Below, one piece after another: positions 44,547 through 55,608 of a DNA stretch of 64,000 nt. The translations under genes were made by a program, and so were the position numbers. A model generated the notes under the pieces. The model worked only from the letters and a program-made list of their open reading frames with translations, was not told the origin of the DNA and ran no database searches. The DNA is from Naegleria gruberi. Taxonomy: Eukaryota. Position 1 is the stretch's first letter. The number at the start of each line of letters is the position of its first letter. The stretch lies in NCBI GenBank assembly GCA_000004985.1, contig GG738920.1, one strand, 5' to 3'.

Positions 44547-45287
44547 TTATTGTCTTAAAATCTTTTTGGCTCTCTTTTTTTGTTGTTTGGTAATTCCAAT
44601 TGGAACAATTCTTTCTCCTGAGGGTCTAATCTTTGTTGCTTTGGTACAATTTCTGTGAGCAACCATTCTAAATCCTGGATCACCTAATTCAGGAATATGG
44701 TTTGGTTTCTTTTTCATGGAAATGATAGGTGCCTCCACATGATTAACACTTGGCAGAATGGAGAGAGTCTCATCTACATTACTTGACTCTGGTTCCTTGG
44801 CAACATTATTGTTTTGTGATTGCTTATCCGACAGAGAAGTGGATGTTGAATTTTTATTGAAAAGATCATTCACCAACTCTTGGTTCAACATAATTGGTTT
44901 GTGTTCTTCATTGTGGTGGTGAATATCTGCATCAACTTGTTGATTTAAAACTGAACTGTCTTCAATTTCAACAACAGAAATAACAACCTTGTCTTCCACA
45001 CTTTCATCATCACTAATTTCAATATTTTCTTGATTAGAACATTGTGGCATTGATCCATTAGTAAGATTATCATTATCATCTTCGATAAGAATTGGTTTAC
45101 CCAGAGTGCTTCCTTCTCGTTGTTCAGCTTTAACCGATGGAATGTGAAAAAGTATTGCAGACGTGTTTGGAATATTCTGTTCTTCTGCTTCTGTTAAACA
45201 CTTAATCTGAATGGAGATGAAGCTTCTCCCGAGAGATGGATCATTACTGGTAATACTAAAATAAGTATCACAATTAAACATTGGCAT
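44547..45287 (-). CDS. hypothetical protein (246 aa), acidic middle and basic C-terminus
   Basis: ATG-initiated ORF. No family recognised. Confidence 0.4.
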   Translation of the reverse strand: MPMFNCDTYFSITSNDPSLGRSFISIQIKCLTEAEEQNIPNTSAILFHIPSVKAEQREGSTLGKPILIEDDNDNLTNGSMPQCSNQENIEISDDESVEDKVVISVVEIEDSSVLNQQVDADIHHHNEEHKPIMLNQELVNDLFNKNSTSTSLSDKQSQNNNVAKEPESSNVDETLSILPSVNHVEAPIISMKKKPNHIPELGDPGFRMVAHRNCTKATKIRPSGERIVPIGITKQQKKRAKKILRQ

Positions 45288-45620
45288 TTTGATGATATTG
45301 CAAAAGACGATGTGGTTACTAGAGTTTAATTAAAACAAGAATTAAAATTCCTGTATGATGAGTTTGTAAACTAAGAAAGCTTGAGAAATTTGGTGGCTTG
45401 AATGATGGCAATTTTTTGGAGAGCGATTTTTGAGAATTTGGCGGATTGGAGAAATTTAACTGGTCAAAATTTTCATTTTTTACAATCAACAAATTTTGAC
45501 GTCTTTTTCAAATTCTATTTTAAAAAGAAATGATTATTGGTTGAATGGTAGTTCTTAATAAGAAAACAGGAATTATGAACAATCATCTATATGATAGAAA
45601 TATTTTATTTAAACATGTAA

Positions 45621-45691
45621 TCGGGTGTGGTATAGTGGTAGCATTCCAGACTGTCACTCTGGCGACCCGGGTTCAATTCCCGGCACTCGAG
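45621..45691 (+). tRNA. tRNA-Asp (GTC)
   Basis: TCGGGTGTGGTATAGTGGTAGCATTCCAGACTGTCACTCTGGCGACCCGGGTTCAATTCCCGGCACTCGAG. Anticodon loop is CTGTCAC. The acceptor pairs with one G-T. The D-arm is slightly irregular. Confidence 0.75.
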
Positions 45692-47319
45692 TAATAATTT
45701 TACATTTTATGCTTTGTTTCGCATTATTTTATATTGATTTTTCATATTTATGTAGTATACATTGATGTCTTTTAAATTACTAATTTTCAATATTTAATTA
45801 TTTGTATTTCCAATTTTAGAAGCCTCGCCTTGTAGGTCATTTTTCACTAAAAAAATATCTAGTTGAAGAACTGTGCCATATCAGAATTTGACCTTATTGT
45901 CAGTTCTGAGTTTCAATCCATTATCTAGATATTTGGAAAGCATTGGACAAGGTGCATTTGGATCTGTTTTTAAATGTGTAATTATATCCACACCTCAATG
46001 CCCTCATTAATAATATTTTAAGAGTTTGGAAATGGACGAAATTTATATCAAATTACTGCTGATTTTGGTTCTATTCAAAAGTCCAATAATTCATGTGAAT
46101 GTAGTCAATCCAAAAGTATTTCATATCTCAATGTTAAATTGCAATCCAATCACAAAGAAAGGGAGAAGTTTCTCTGTCGTTTTGTTCTCCACTTGCATTC
46201 AGATAATAAAAATAAATTACAATTATATTCTCTTATTAATAGAACAAACTCTATCTACTGCGTGAGAAATCTCGTTGTTTTGGTCGACTTGACGTAGTGG
46301 AAAGTATTGTTATTGAAATTGTCAATCTTGTTTTAATTTAGCCATTGTAAAGAGAGCAGATATTTACCAGTGCCTCCAAATCGTGCACCTCTCGTGAGCT
46401 GAACGTAACCATCATTCATTGCATAGCTTGAGAATTGGGCGAGAATTCGAATATGTTTTCTATTATTCAACAATATCATGCTATTCACAAACTCGAATCC
46501 TTCCATAATTGTCCATTGATGTTGTGATAAGTGGTTTGCCTCATCCCTTCAAGCACTATGAGTAGTTTGCCTATCATGGAGAATGTAACACAATTTATCT
46601 TGGTCGATGATAATGAGTTCTTCCTCTGAATGTTATTCAACACACAATGATAAAAAGAATAGGAAGATGAAGAGGATGGGAGTAGCAAAGTACTAATAAT
46701 TAATTATTATAATATATAATATGTATTTAGTTCCAATGTGTGATGTAGAAGGTAGATGTTCCTCCTGTGCTAACTAATTGCTGTAGTTCGTAGATGATGA
46801 AGACAAAAAGAAGGCTTGACTTGGTTTATGATATGAAAACAAGAGATGAGGACGAACCAGCATATTAATGATCATTTGGGACTAGACGTGAAGATAATAA
46901 TACACAGCAATTCATGAAGTGAATACAACCATGGCCGTACAAGATGCTGGTTGGTTCTTTGATGATTTTTGTCATTCAAATTATTGAAAATTCATCAAGC
47001 CTCGAACATGAAACTCTTCATGATGACGGAACAAAAGATATGAAAGATAATAATGAAGAACAAAGACAATATTGATAATTTAAAGAGAATTTAATTTGAA
47101 TTGAGCAATGGATTGAGAAAGGCCGCAAAGGAAAAGCAAAATTGTTTTGATAATTAATTATATAATTATAGATACACACATGTGTGCATGCAGAGGAGAA
47201 AGGGAAATGGAGAAAAACTTAAGTAGGAGGAGAATCTGTACAAGTGGGAAGTGAAAGTTATAAACCTAGCAAGAGCATAATGAGTTGCCGAACAATTAGC
47301 CAAACGAATAATCATTAGA

Positions 47320-47910
47320 TTAATACCAAGACCACCAGGTAAAGCCATCTTCTAAACCAATTTCATACTTGGTATCATCATTGGCATGGAGAGAGGCTAT
47401 TTCCTCCTTGACTACAACACACTGCACACCATTCTTTGCCTTGCTCTTTCTCTTCTCAATTTTAACCTTATTACTTGTTGGATGATGAATGAATGGATTT
47501 TCATTCTTAATTAATGATGAAGATGAGGAACCACCAGTTTGAGCTGATTTATCAGCAGCTTGATAGTGATGATGATGGAAAATGGTAACACCACTTGGAT
47601 TGGATGAGTGAACACTCTTCTTCTTTCTCTTTGGATTGGATTGTTTGTATTGATTTGACATTTTGTCTTCAACAAAGACAAATGTTTGCTTATCTAATGG
47701 TGTTGCAGTTTGAGTATGATTTGGAATCGATTGATTATATCTGATATGATTACTTTTTACAAGATCAGTGGTTGGGGATGTTGCACCATTTGATGAGATG
47801 GTTCCCATCATGGAGATTATTCGGTTGTGATTTGTGGAAGAAACAGTATTATTATTGGAGGATGATGACATTAAATTGTTGGTGTTGTGGAAATTTGTTA
47901 AGAGAGTCAT
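47320..47910 (-). CDS. hypothetical S/N/H-rich low-complexity protein (196 aa)
   Basis: ATG-initiated ORF. No family recognised. Confidence 0.35.
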   Translation of the reverse strand: MTLLTNFHNTNNLMSSSSNNNTVSSTNHNRIISMMGTISSNGATSPTTDLVKSNHIRYNQSIPNHTQTATPLDKQTFVFVEDKMSNQYKQSNPKRKKKSVHSSNPSGVTIFHHHHYQAADKSAQTGGSSSSSLIKNENPFIHHPTSNKVKIEKRKSKAKNGVQCVVVKEEIASLHANDDTKYEIGLEDGFTWWSWY

Positions 47911-49559
47911 TCTTTCAATGAGTTAATATGGATTGAAACAGTTAGGAAAGAGTTTGTTATTATTCGAAAGTAATCAATTACTATTAGTTGTTTGTTTTTT
48001 CTGTGTCGTGACGAGAAGAAATTGCACACACCATCATCTCTTCACACAATAATTGAGGTTTTAATGCTTCAACACAACAACTCATAAAACTCTCTAATGT
48101 CCCGAACATAATGAAGTCAATTGTACAAATTTAATTATTGAGGAATAACTTTTTATCACACCCAAGTTGGGCCAATAGCTTTCTCATATCATGCTCGTCT
48201 ACTTTTGGACAAGATTTAGTGTGTTTCGAATTGTTGTCAGACATGTCATGATTTGGTTTTGTGGGTCATGATTCAGTTCTGCTAGTAAAAATGCAATTAT
48301 CAGACCCCGTGATATACCTCGAGATATCTAAACGACAAGTTTAGTCTTGGAATTCTAAAAAAGTAAACGAAAGAGCGGGCTAAACTTATCGCAATGGTAA
48401 AAAATACGGTATTATTAGTGAATGGTCCCTTTTAATTTCACATTACAACATTAATTTTGAACTGGAGAATTGGCCAACCAATGAAATTGTTGTTTATTGG
48501 TGTTTCTTGAGGAGAATGATAAAATACTATTCGGGCGAAAGTGTATTGAATTTGAGTTAACACAAGATTGTCAGATTGTGAGAGGTGGGTACATTTTGCA
48601 TTTACAGAAACAGTTGTGTTAAACAACAACTGTAGATAACAGTTGAAAGATTTTCGTTTGTGAAGTTTCACTTTGTTGATAAGCATCGTTTGGGTTGAAG
48701 ATAACCAAACGTTGAAAAATCTCGTGTGGGTGGCTAATGTTTAATTGCAATAATTTACAAAAAAGAGTTAAGATTGCTTGCACGATTGTTTGGCATGGAA
48801 CGAAATCGTTCATTACATTTAGCCTGTTGTTTGCCTTTTCGAATGGTTTCGACTCATTGTTAAAAGGTCAAGAAAATCTTTAGGATTTAAATTTATGGCT
48901 TGTGATCTATTTAATGGCTGTTTTGAATTCGTCCACTAATTTTAATACAACTACAGTTTTTGCTGCCTAACCAACTACTGCATTTATTTAACAAAACGAA
49001 ATGCAAAGAAAACCAACTGTGGATAATCCATCATTCATATCTTTACAATCCTCCAATTCCAAATATTGCACAATAATTGTCAGCCATCACAATAGTAACT
49101 TTCAGTCTGATAGTACTATCAAACATTCTTCCATTTCTCTTCTCTTTCCAAAGTCATATTCTCCCATGAGAACTCTTAATATTAGAACCTCTCAGTATTT
49201 TGCAATATTGTTATTAACAATGTTACCTCAACTTGTATGTTCAAACACCTGAAAATGAAACTCTGTCGCGCTTATCGTTGCCAATTAAATATCGCAATAA
49301 GCGCGAAGCACATTCTCTGAATTGCTTCATAAGAAGACGCTCGGACGTTACACATCATCAAAAAAAATCAGACAAAATATCTCACAGCTTTTTCATCGTT
49401 TTTTGGCCGTACAGCAGCAACGAACTTTTGTGGAAGGAATTTTAAAAGAAAAATTGAGTATTGTGAATATTCACAGTGTTGGAATTTATTGGTTAGGAAA
49501 TAATAATAATTTAACGGAATTAGTGTATATATTAAATTGTAAGATAGAAGAAGAAGAGA

Positions 49560-50243
49560 ATGGTTAATTTAAAAATTTTGGATTATATTTGTTGTTGTTT
49601 TGTTAGTCATGCTGATGAGAGGAGTGAGGTACCTTTCAGCCAATTGTCAAATCCTTCTCCCAATACAGAGAGATCCTCTGATTTGAATGATACAACTGAT
49701 GACTTTTGTGAGTCTTCCGAAATGATTATTGGTCTGTCAGCAGAACAATATGAAGTACTGTTGAACCAGGTACAACATGAAATTGATTTTGATGATGAGA
49801 AAATGAATCACATTACAGCATATCTGACGGAGAAGAATGTCTGTATTGATACAGAACAAGCATTGGCTTTTATTGGAACAATACACTTCTCAAATACTAG
49901 AATTGTATTCATTGAACGTTTGCTTCCTTTCATTATTGACTTGAAAGTGGGCAAGAAGAAAATTATCGAAACAATTGGATTTTATAACGACAAGATTAAA
50001 ATCAAGAAATTGATTAGTGAACATTTAAAGAAGAGAAAGATTGGAGATAATTTCATGAAGCCACCACCAGTCTCACCATCTCAAGCCAGAATGAATGCAC
50101 TCGGTGGATATAAGGGAACTACAAGTGACTATCTGGTTGGAGGAACAGAATTGGAATCATTTGGAAGTAAACAAATCAAACAATCTTCATCCACCAGTCG
50201 AAGTGCATCCCCATCTCCAAACTATCAAGCCAACAATAAATAA
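49560..50243 (+). CDS. hypothetical protein (227 aa) with a conserved-looking central domain
   Basis: Non-low-complexity segment IGLSAEQYEVLLNQVQHEIDFDDEKMNHITAYLTEKNVCIDTEQALAFIGTIHFSNTRIVFIERLLPFIIDLKVGKKKIIETIGFY. Family not assigned. Confidence 0.45.
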   Translation: MVNLKILDYICCCFVSHADERSEVPFSQLSNPSPNTERSSDLNDTTDDFCESSEMIIGLSAEQYEVLLNQVQHEIDFDDEKMNHITAYLTEKNVCIDTEQALAFIGTIHFSNTRIVFIERLLPFIIDLKVGKKKIIETIGFYNDKIKIKKLISEHLKKRKIGDNFMKPPPVSPSQARMNALGGYKGTTSDYLVGGTELESFGSKQIKQSSSTSRSASPSPNYQANNK

Positions 50244-50465
50244 GATAATGTAAATAAATCAGATGCATGAAAAACATGCACCTACCACCAATTTAATAAT
50301 ATTAATTCTATATTTAATTTATTTTCAATTATTTAAATATTCTTTGAAATGCATGTAGCTAGAATTATTAAATTAATTAAATAATATTGTACAATGAGAA
50401 TCATTCAACTCCGTTTCATGGATTTGATTTAAAGAATCCAAAAATCAAAAAATTAGAACATCACC

Positions 50466-51308
50466 ATGTTGTATTCTCTTGCCAGAAAACAATTCAAACC
50501 ATCAAGTTCTCTTATTGTCAACTCTGCCATCATTAAATTCACTCATTCATCATCTCCACTATTCACTCTCCACAGTAATAATAACAAAGAATATAAATCC
50601 TGCTCATCATTCCACACCTGCATCAATTCATCCTTCTACTGGCAAACACCTTCCGATATTAAAGATGGCAAAGTGAGTCGTGTTGCATCGTCATCATCAT
50701 CAAACAATCAAAAGAGAAAGACAAAATCAAAGGATCATCACCATGCATTGTTTTTGGAGGCCAATTTAATTCCTCTCAAGAAGAAACAATACAAGGAATG
50801 GAGCTCTCGGGAAGTTTCTCTCACTTTATTGAATAATGATCATGATGAATATGTGTTGGAAAGTTTGGAGAGGGAAATTCATTGTTTGTTACTTTCACCA
50901 AATGCCAAATCAATGATTTTACACTATCAAAATATTGAGGCTTTATTTAGAGAGAATAAGGAAAATAGACAAGTATTACAATACTTGTTGGAACAGTTTA
51001 CAAAAAAGAGTTTGGATGTTTCACAATCAATTGTTGGATATATTGGACGTGGATTAAGCTTACTCTATTTGCATGAGTTTGAAAAATCAAAAACTGTCTT
51101 TCTCACTCTCAATCTCATTGACAATCAAATGGGAGTTGAGAAGGGAGGAGTTGGAGAAACTGATTATCCAGCTCTGTACATGTCATTTGTTTATCTTTCT
51201 CGAGTTTATTCCAAATTGAACCAACAAGATCAATTAAAATCATGTCAAAAAGCCATCAAGGATATTGAGGGTCTCGACAATCCAATCCTCTCTAAATTTG
51301 AGTTGTAA
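50466..51308 (+). CDS. hypothetical protein (280 aa)
   Basis: ATG-initiated ORF with an S-rich N-terminus and a helical C-terminal half. No family recognised. Confidence 0.4.
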   Translation: MLYSLARKQFKPSSSLIVNSAIIKFTHSSSPLFTLHSNNNKEYKSCSSFHTCINSSFYWQTPSDIKDGKVSRVASSSSSNNQKRKTKSKDHHHALFLEANLIPLKKKQYKEWSSREVSLTLLNNDHDEYVLESLEREIHCLLLSPNAKSMILHYQNIEALFRENKENRQVLQYLLEQFTKKSLDVSQSIVGYIGRGLSLLYLHEFEKSKTVFLTLNLIDNQMGVEKGGVGETDYPALYMSFVYLSRVYSKLNQQDQLKSCQKAIKDIEGLDNPILSKFEL

Positions 51309-51744
51309 ATCAAATTCAGAAAATTGTCAATAAAAAATCAAATAGAAACTGAGACATTCTAATTCCTTTTACTAAAACACCTGTTCGCACTTATTATTCA
51401 CAACTAGTTGTTGAATTTTTACAACAGAAATCAAGTGCACTGCAGATGATTAAGGATTCATTGAAAATCAAATGTGTTTCTTTTGAAAGCACTGTAAAGC
51501 TCGAGTTCCAACTTCCAAAACCTCAACGTTTGTATGAAGTATTGGCTGTGGCTGAGAATTGTGAAGTTGGAATTTATTGCTTGTGTGGTTGTGTTGTATA
51601 ATTTGTGAAAACATTTGTTTCATAAGGCAATTCTTCACAAAGAACATCAAGCATTTTCTTATTTTGTCCTCCAGTCCGACAAAGATTGACAGTGAGGAAA
51701 TTTTTGACAAATCTTCATCCAAATAAAACCACAAATTTTTTAAA

Positions 51745-53493
51745 ATGAACCAACGCGAGTATGAAGGCGATAAACAACCGTACAGCTGTATGCGGTGCAG
51801 GAAACATCATCGAAAGGTAGGTTGAAAGGGATTTTGTGTGATCTTAGGAACAAACGTAATATTATTATTTGTTTATTTGCATGTGGATGTGCTTTGAAAA
51901 TTTTTAAATATCATGTGGCGGTTATTTGTTGCATGTAATATAATAATAATTGATAATGATATTATAGTGTGATAGGAATCCTAAGGGATGTTCTAATTGT
52001 GGAAATTCTGGAGTAAAGTGTATTGTAGGTTTTTGTTTTTTGGAAGGCTAGTAATTAATCACACATTTGAAATAGTATGCCGATCAACTTCAAAACTCAC
52101 AACATCAAGAAAAGAAGGATGAACAATCACAACAGCAGAATACTCAGCAACAACAACAAACAATGACACCACAGACTTTGGTAGATGTCTACTTTTCGAT
52201 ACTTTGTGGAACACATCCTTTAATTGAGAAGGAAAAGTTTAAATATTTTGTAAATAATTGCTTGAACCAGTATAATGATATCAAAGCTAACGAATGGATT
52301 TCTTCGGTTGGTGAACTGAGATGTATTCACTGTTTCTACATGTCTAACATGTCTTTGGCGCTACAGTTAACTTCAGATATTAATCACACAAAAACTATTG
52401 GAATAACAGAGGCTCTTATTTCATCATTGGAAAAGGAACAATCTCACGAGTTTTATTGGGTTGCTTCTTGTTTTACATTGGTCATGTACTTTATTGGAGA
52501 GGGAGACTTTACAAAGGTCAATCACTACAACTCTAAAGTTTTTGAATATTTGAAAGGAGGTTATCAACACAAATTCACTTTTCACTTGTTGAGATATCAA
52601 TCATTTGTTAATTCTGGATTTGTTCATCATATTACAACCATGCAAAGTTTAATCAAGGATATGTGTGAACAATTCTTTTATAGTACTGGGAAAAGGCTTG
52701 AGGATTGTGTACTTCCAGGTACTATTGAACACATGAGAAGTAATTCAATAACAATGGAAAATAACCAAATGTACAGACAGGTCCATAACTTTGTCTCTGA
52801 TACTGTTGTAAATCTTGAAGGTGAAATGGTTAAACAATTAATAGATTGCCATTCAACTACATTTTTCAAACATCAAAGAATAGTAACATCAATGATACGG
52901 TTAGGATGTTCTCTCATGTTATTCAAACAGTCAGATTACTTCCTCAATGATACATCAATTGAGGAAACAGCCCTAATGATAACATTACTAACTGAAGATG
53001 AACTCTTCCCGTAAGTAGTAGTAATATTTTTACAATATATTAATTAACAATGATTTTTTACAGTTTCTGCATGTGCTATACAATATCTCCTATTGTTGAG
53101 ACATGTATCTATCACAAACAGTTGGTTGAAAATTGTATTGAACGCGGTACCAAACCAATGACCTCAACAATCATGACCTCCTCTGGAAATACTGTGACTG
53201 TCGACTATTTATCAATCCTTAAGAAGGATTTGAAAGCACTGATATCACTTGCCAAGAGATTTAAACGAGTAACACTCCTCTACCAAAACCTTATTGAAGA
53301 AATGACTCAAACCATTATGAGAAATACTTCACGAAGTGCAAGTAGTGATACCCGTTCTACCACCAGCTCAACCACAAACCGAACACAAATCGAGGCCTTT
53401 GCTGATGACACTATGAGAGAAGTATCGTCATTCAACGATTCTGCTGTCAAGATGGCTGAATCAGTTGACAATTTCTTTTCTTTTCTGTTTTAA
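51745..53493 (+). CDS. Zn(II)2Cys6 binuclear-cluster transcription factor, paralog A. Exons 51745..51816, 51968..52024, 52076..53010, 53064..53493.
   Basis: Exons 1+2 encode MNQREYEGDKQPYSCMRCRKHHRK|CDRNPKGCSNCGNSGVKCI, i.e. C-x2-C-x6-C-x6-C-x2-C-x6-C, with an intron splitting the zinc cluster. Donors are GTAGGT twice and GTAAGT. The 51- and 53-nt introns join track ORFs 52163..53014 and 53050..53493. The body is homologous to paralog B. Confidence 0.65.
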
Positions 53494-53580
53494 TTATTAA
53501 ACTATTAATAAATAGTTTAATTTCTATTCGATGGACTATTGCAACATATACCGCGGACATGAATAATTATTTTAAAAAAA

Positions 53581-54870
53581 ATGAAAACAACACTCATCCA
53601 CAACTGCAACACTCAACCTTCCCTTGAGGAACTGATTGAATTCTCTCCGGTTGCCTGTCTTGATTGTAGAACCAACCATAGAAAATGTGACAGGAAGAAA
53701 CCAACATGTGCTGCATGTCAAATAAGAGGCTTCGATTGCACATACTCAAAAACTATGAAAAGAAAGCTCAAGAAACAAATCATCCACAACCAACTGGAAC
53801 AAGATTATAACATGATTGATTTTTATTTTAATTTGGCAAGTTATGGTCTTCCGATGGTTGGACGAGATGAGCTGAAAAGTTTTTTGACGTTGCTAGTTGA
53901 AAATGGTGGTGAAATTCCTAATAATGAGGATAAACAAGTACTAGAAATGGCTGCTCTTTTCTATTCAATTAAAGCCATTTGTGAATGCTTCACTGGAACA
54001 ATGGAAGATGCAGAGAAGGCAGCCACCAAATCAAAAAACTATCTGTCTCATGTATTTGATAGACATTGGAGTGTACTGGTTGTTGCCTGCTATTATTACT
54101 TGTGTTGGTTTGATTTTATGGTTGGAAAAGTGGAATCATCCCAATTCTATAGACAAATCTTAAAGTTTGCAAAGGAAAAGTTTGAGAAATCAACAAGACA
54201 ATTGAGTAATTTTGAGAGGAATGCCTACGAATGTATTTGTCATGTGGACGAATTCATGTTCAACGAAGAGGGAGAAGTCAGAGTGATGAATTTCGAATTA
54301 TTCATCCAATCTATTCCAAGAATGTACATTTTCGACAAGAGTAGTCTTCCTAATGGATGGAATTACTATATGAAAAATCCACACCTTATCGATTCCACAA
54401 ATTGTTTCGAAGTTTGGACCATGTTGGAGATGATTTTACATGAATCAAGGGAGAATGATCTCGAATTGATTCCAAACTTTGCTGAACTTATTAACTTGTT
54501 TTACAATATAACAGAGAATGGCACACGATTGGGCATACTATCAAAGGCCTCTAATGCATCTAGCTCACTATTGATAGAGCATGCAATGGAGAAGAGTGCA
54601 TCAGAAATAGCTTTCGCAACAACAAGTATCCACTTTAAAACCCTTCCAATAGAAATCATGATACATGTTTCAATTGCTACCAATTACCATCTCGAGAAGG
54701 TGAAGAGTGGTGTTCTCTTTCCTAAGAGAGGAGGGATAAGCTACTTGGATCTGCTATCTAAGGAGCTTCAGGCCTACAATTATTTTAAGCAAAAATTTTT
54801 GATTACTTCTCGTCATTTCTCAACCCTATTTTCACAAGTTGAACAGGTGGCAGGATTATTGAATGTTTAG
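53581..54870 (+). CDS. Zn(II)2Cys6 binuclear-cluster transcription factor, paralog B (429 aa, single exon)
   Basis: N-terminal ACLDCRTNHRKCDRKKPTCAACQIRGFDC has the C-x2-C-x6-C-x6-C-x2-C-x6-C spacing. Downstream ...HWSVLVVACYYYLCWFDFMVGKV... parallels ...FYWVASCFTLVMYFIGEGDFTKV... in paralog A. Confidence 0.75.
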   Translation: MKTTLIHNCNTQPSLEELIEFSPVACLDCRTNHRKCDRKKPTCAACQIRGFDCTYSKTMKRKLKKQIIHNQLEQDYNMIDFYFNLASYGLPMVGRDELKSFLTLLVENGGEIPNNEDKQVLEMAALFYSIKAICECFTGTMEDAEKAATKSKNYLSHVFDRHWSVLVVACYYYLCWFDFMVGKVESSQFYRQILKFAKEKFEKSTRQLSNFERNAYECICHVDEFMFNEEGEVRVMNFELFIQSIPRMYIFDKSSLPNGWNYYMKNPHLIDSTNCFEVWTMLEMILHESRENDLELIPNFAELINLFYNITENGTRLGILSKASNASSSLLIEHAMEKSASEIAFATTSIHFKTLPIEIMIHVSIATNYHLEKVKSGVLFPKRGGISYLDLLSKELQAYNYFKQKFLITSRHFSTLFSQVEQVAGLLNV

Positions 54871-55608
54871 CAATATACTTTCGAAAATTATTATTTGGCG
54901 TTGAACGGAAAATCAGTACATCTTTTCGCCTACTCATGCATGAGTTCATTAGATGAATAAGTTGCACTGAGTTGGGTATTTCACTCAATGATTTCCTCAA
55001 TTGAATATGCCAAAACCTCAAAATTAATCGAATCCATGTTTGAATAGTTTGCATGTGTGGACGTGCTATTTTTTAAACTGAAAATCAATAACAATGTTCA
55101 AAGAGATTCCACACTTTGCATGCAACCTGTTCAACAAAGTACATTGAATTTCATGTAACACACTGATTAATAAGAATTGAGAGATAGCTCCTTCTTGGAT
55201 ATATTATTGAAGGGGCTGGCACATACAATTACTTCACAGTAATCATTCCTCTTGTTGAACAAACTACCATTCCATCAATCAGTTGTGGGGATTGAAATCA
55301 TGAAGCTTCATGCCTGTAAAACCTGTTGAGTTATTGGCTTGTCTTCAGGTATTCATGGAAGTGTGAACATAATTAATTTTCTTCCTTTTCATTACACCTT
55401 GTTACAATGCATTTGTACGTTTTTCCTTAGACGTTGCGCATCATCCTACTCAACACTCGGAAGAGGAGAAAACCTTTACAAAAACTTTAAGGAACTTTCA
55501 CCACCTCCAGAAGGAAAGCTTCCAACCTTAAATAGTACACAAACGAGGTTTAGAATTGGAATATAAAAGCATTCTTGCAGATTTTCATAAGTTTTTGAAA
55601 GAAAAAAA

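Noticed and set aside
46330-46700. Possible small multi-exon gene on the minus strand around ORF 46485..46688.
   Set aside because: Translations in all frames are short and interrupted. No convincing splice pattern or family resemblance was found. The area is left unannotated.
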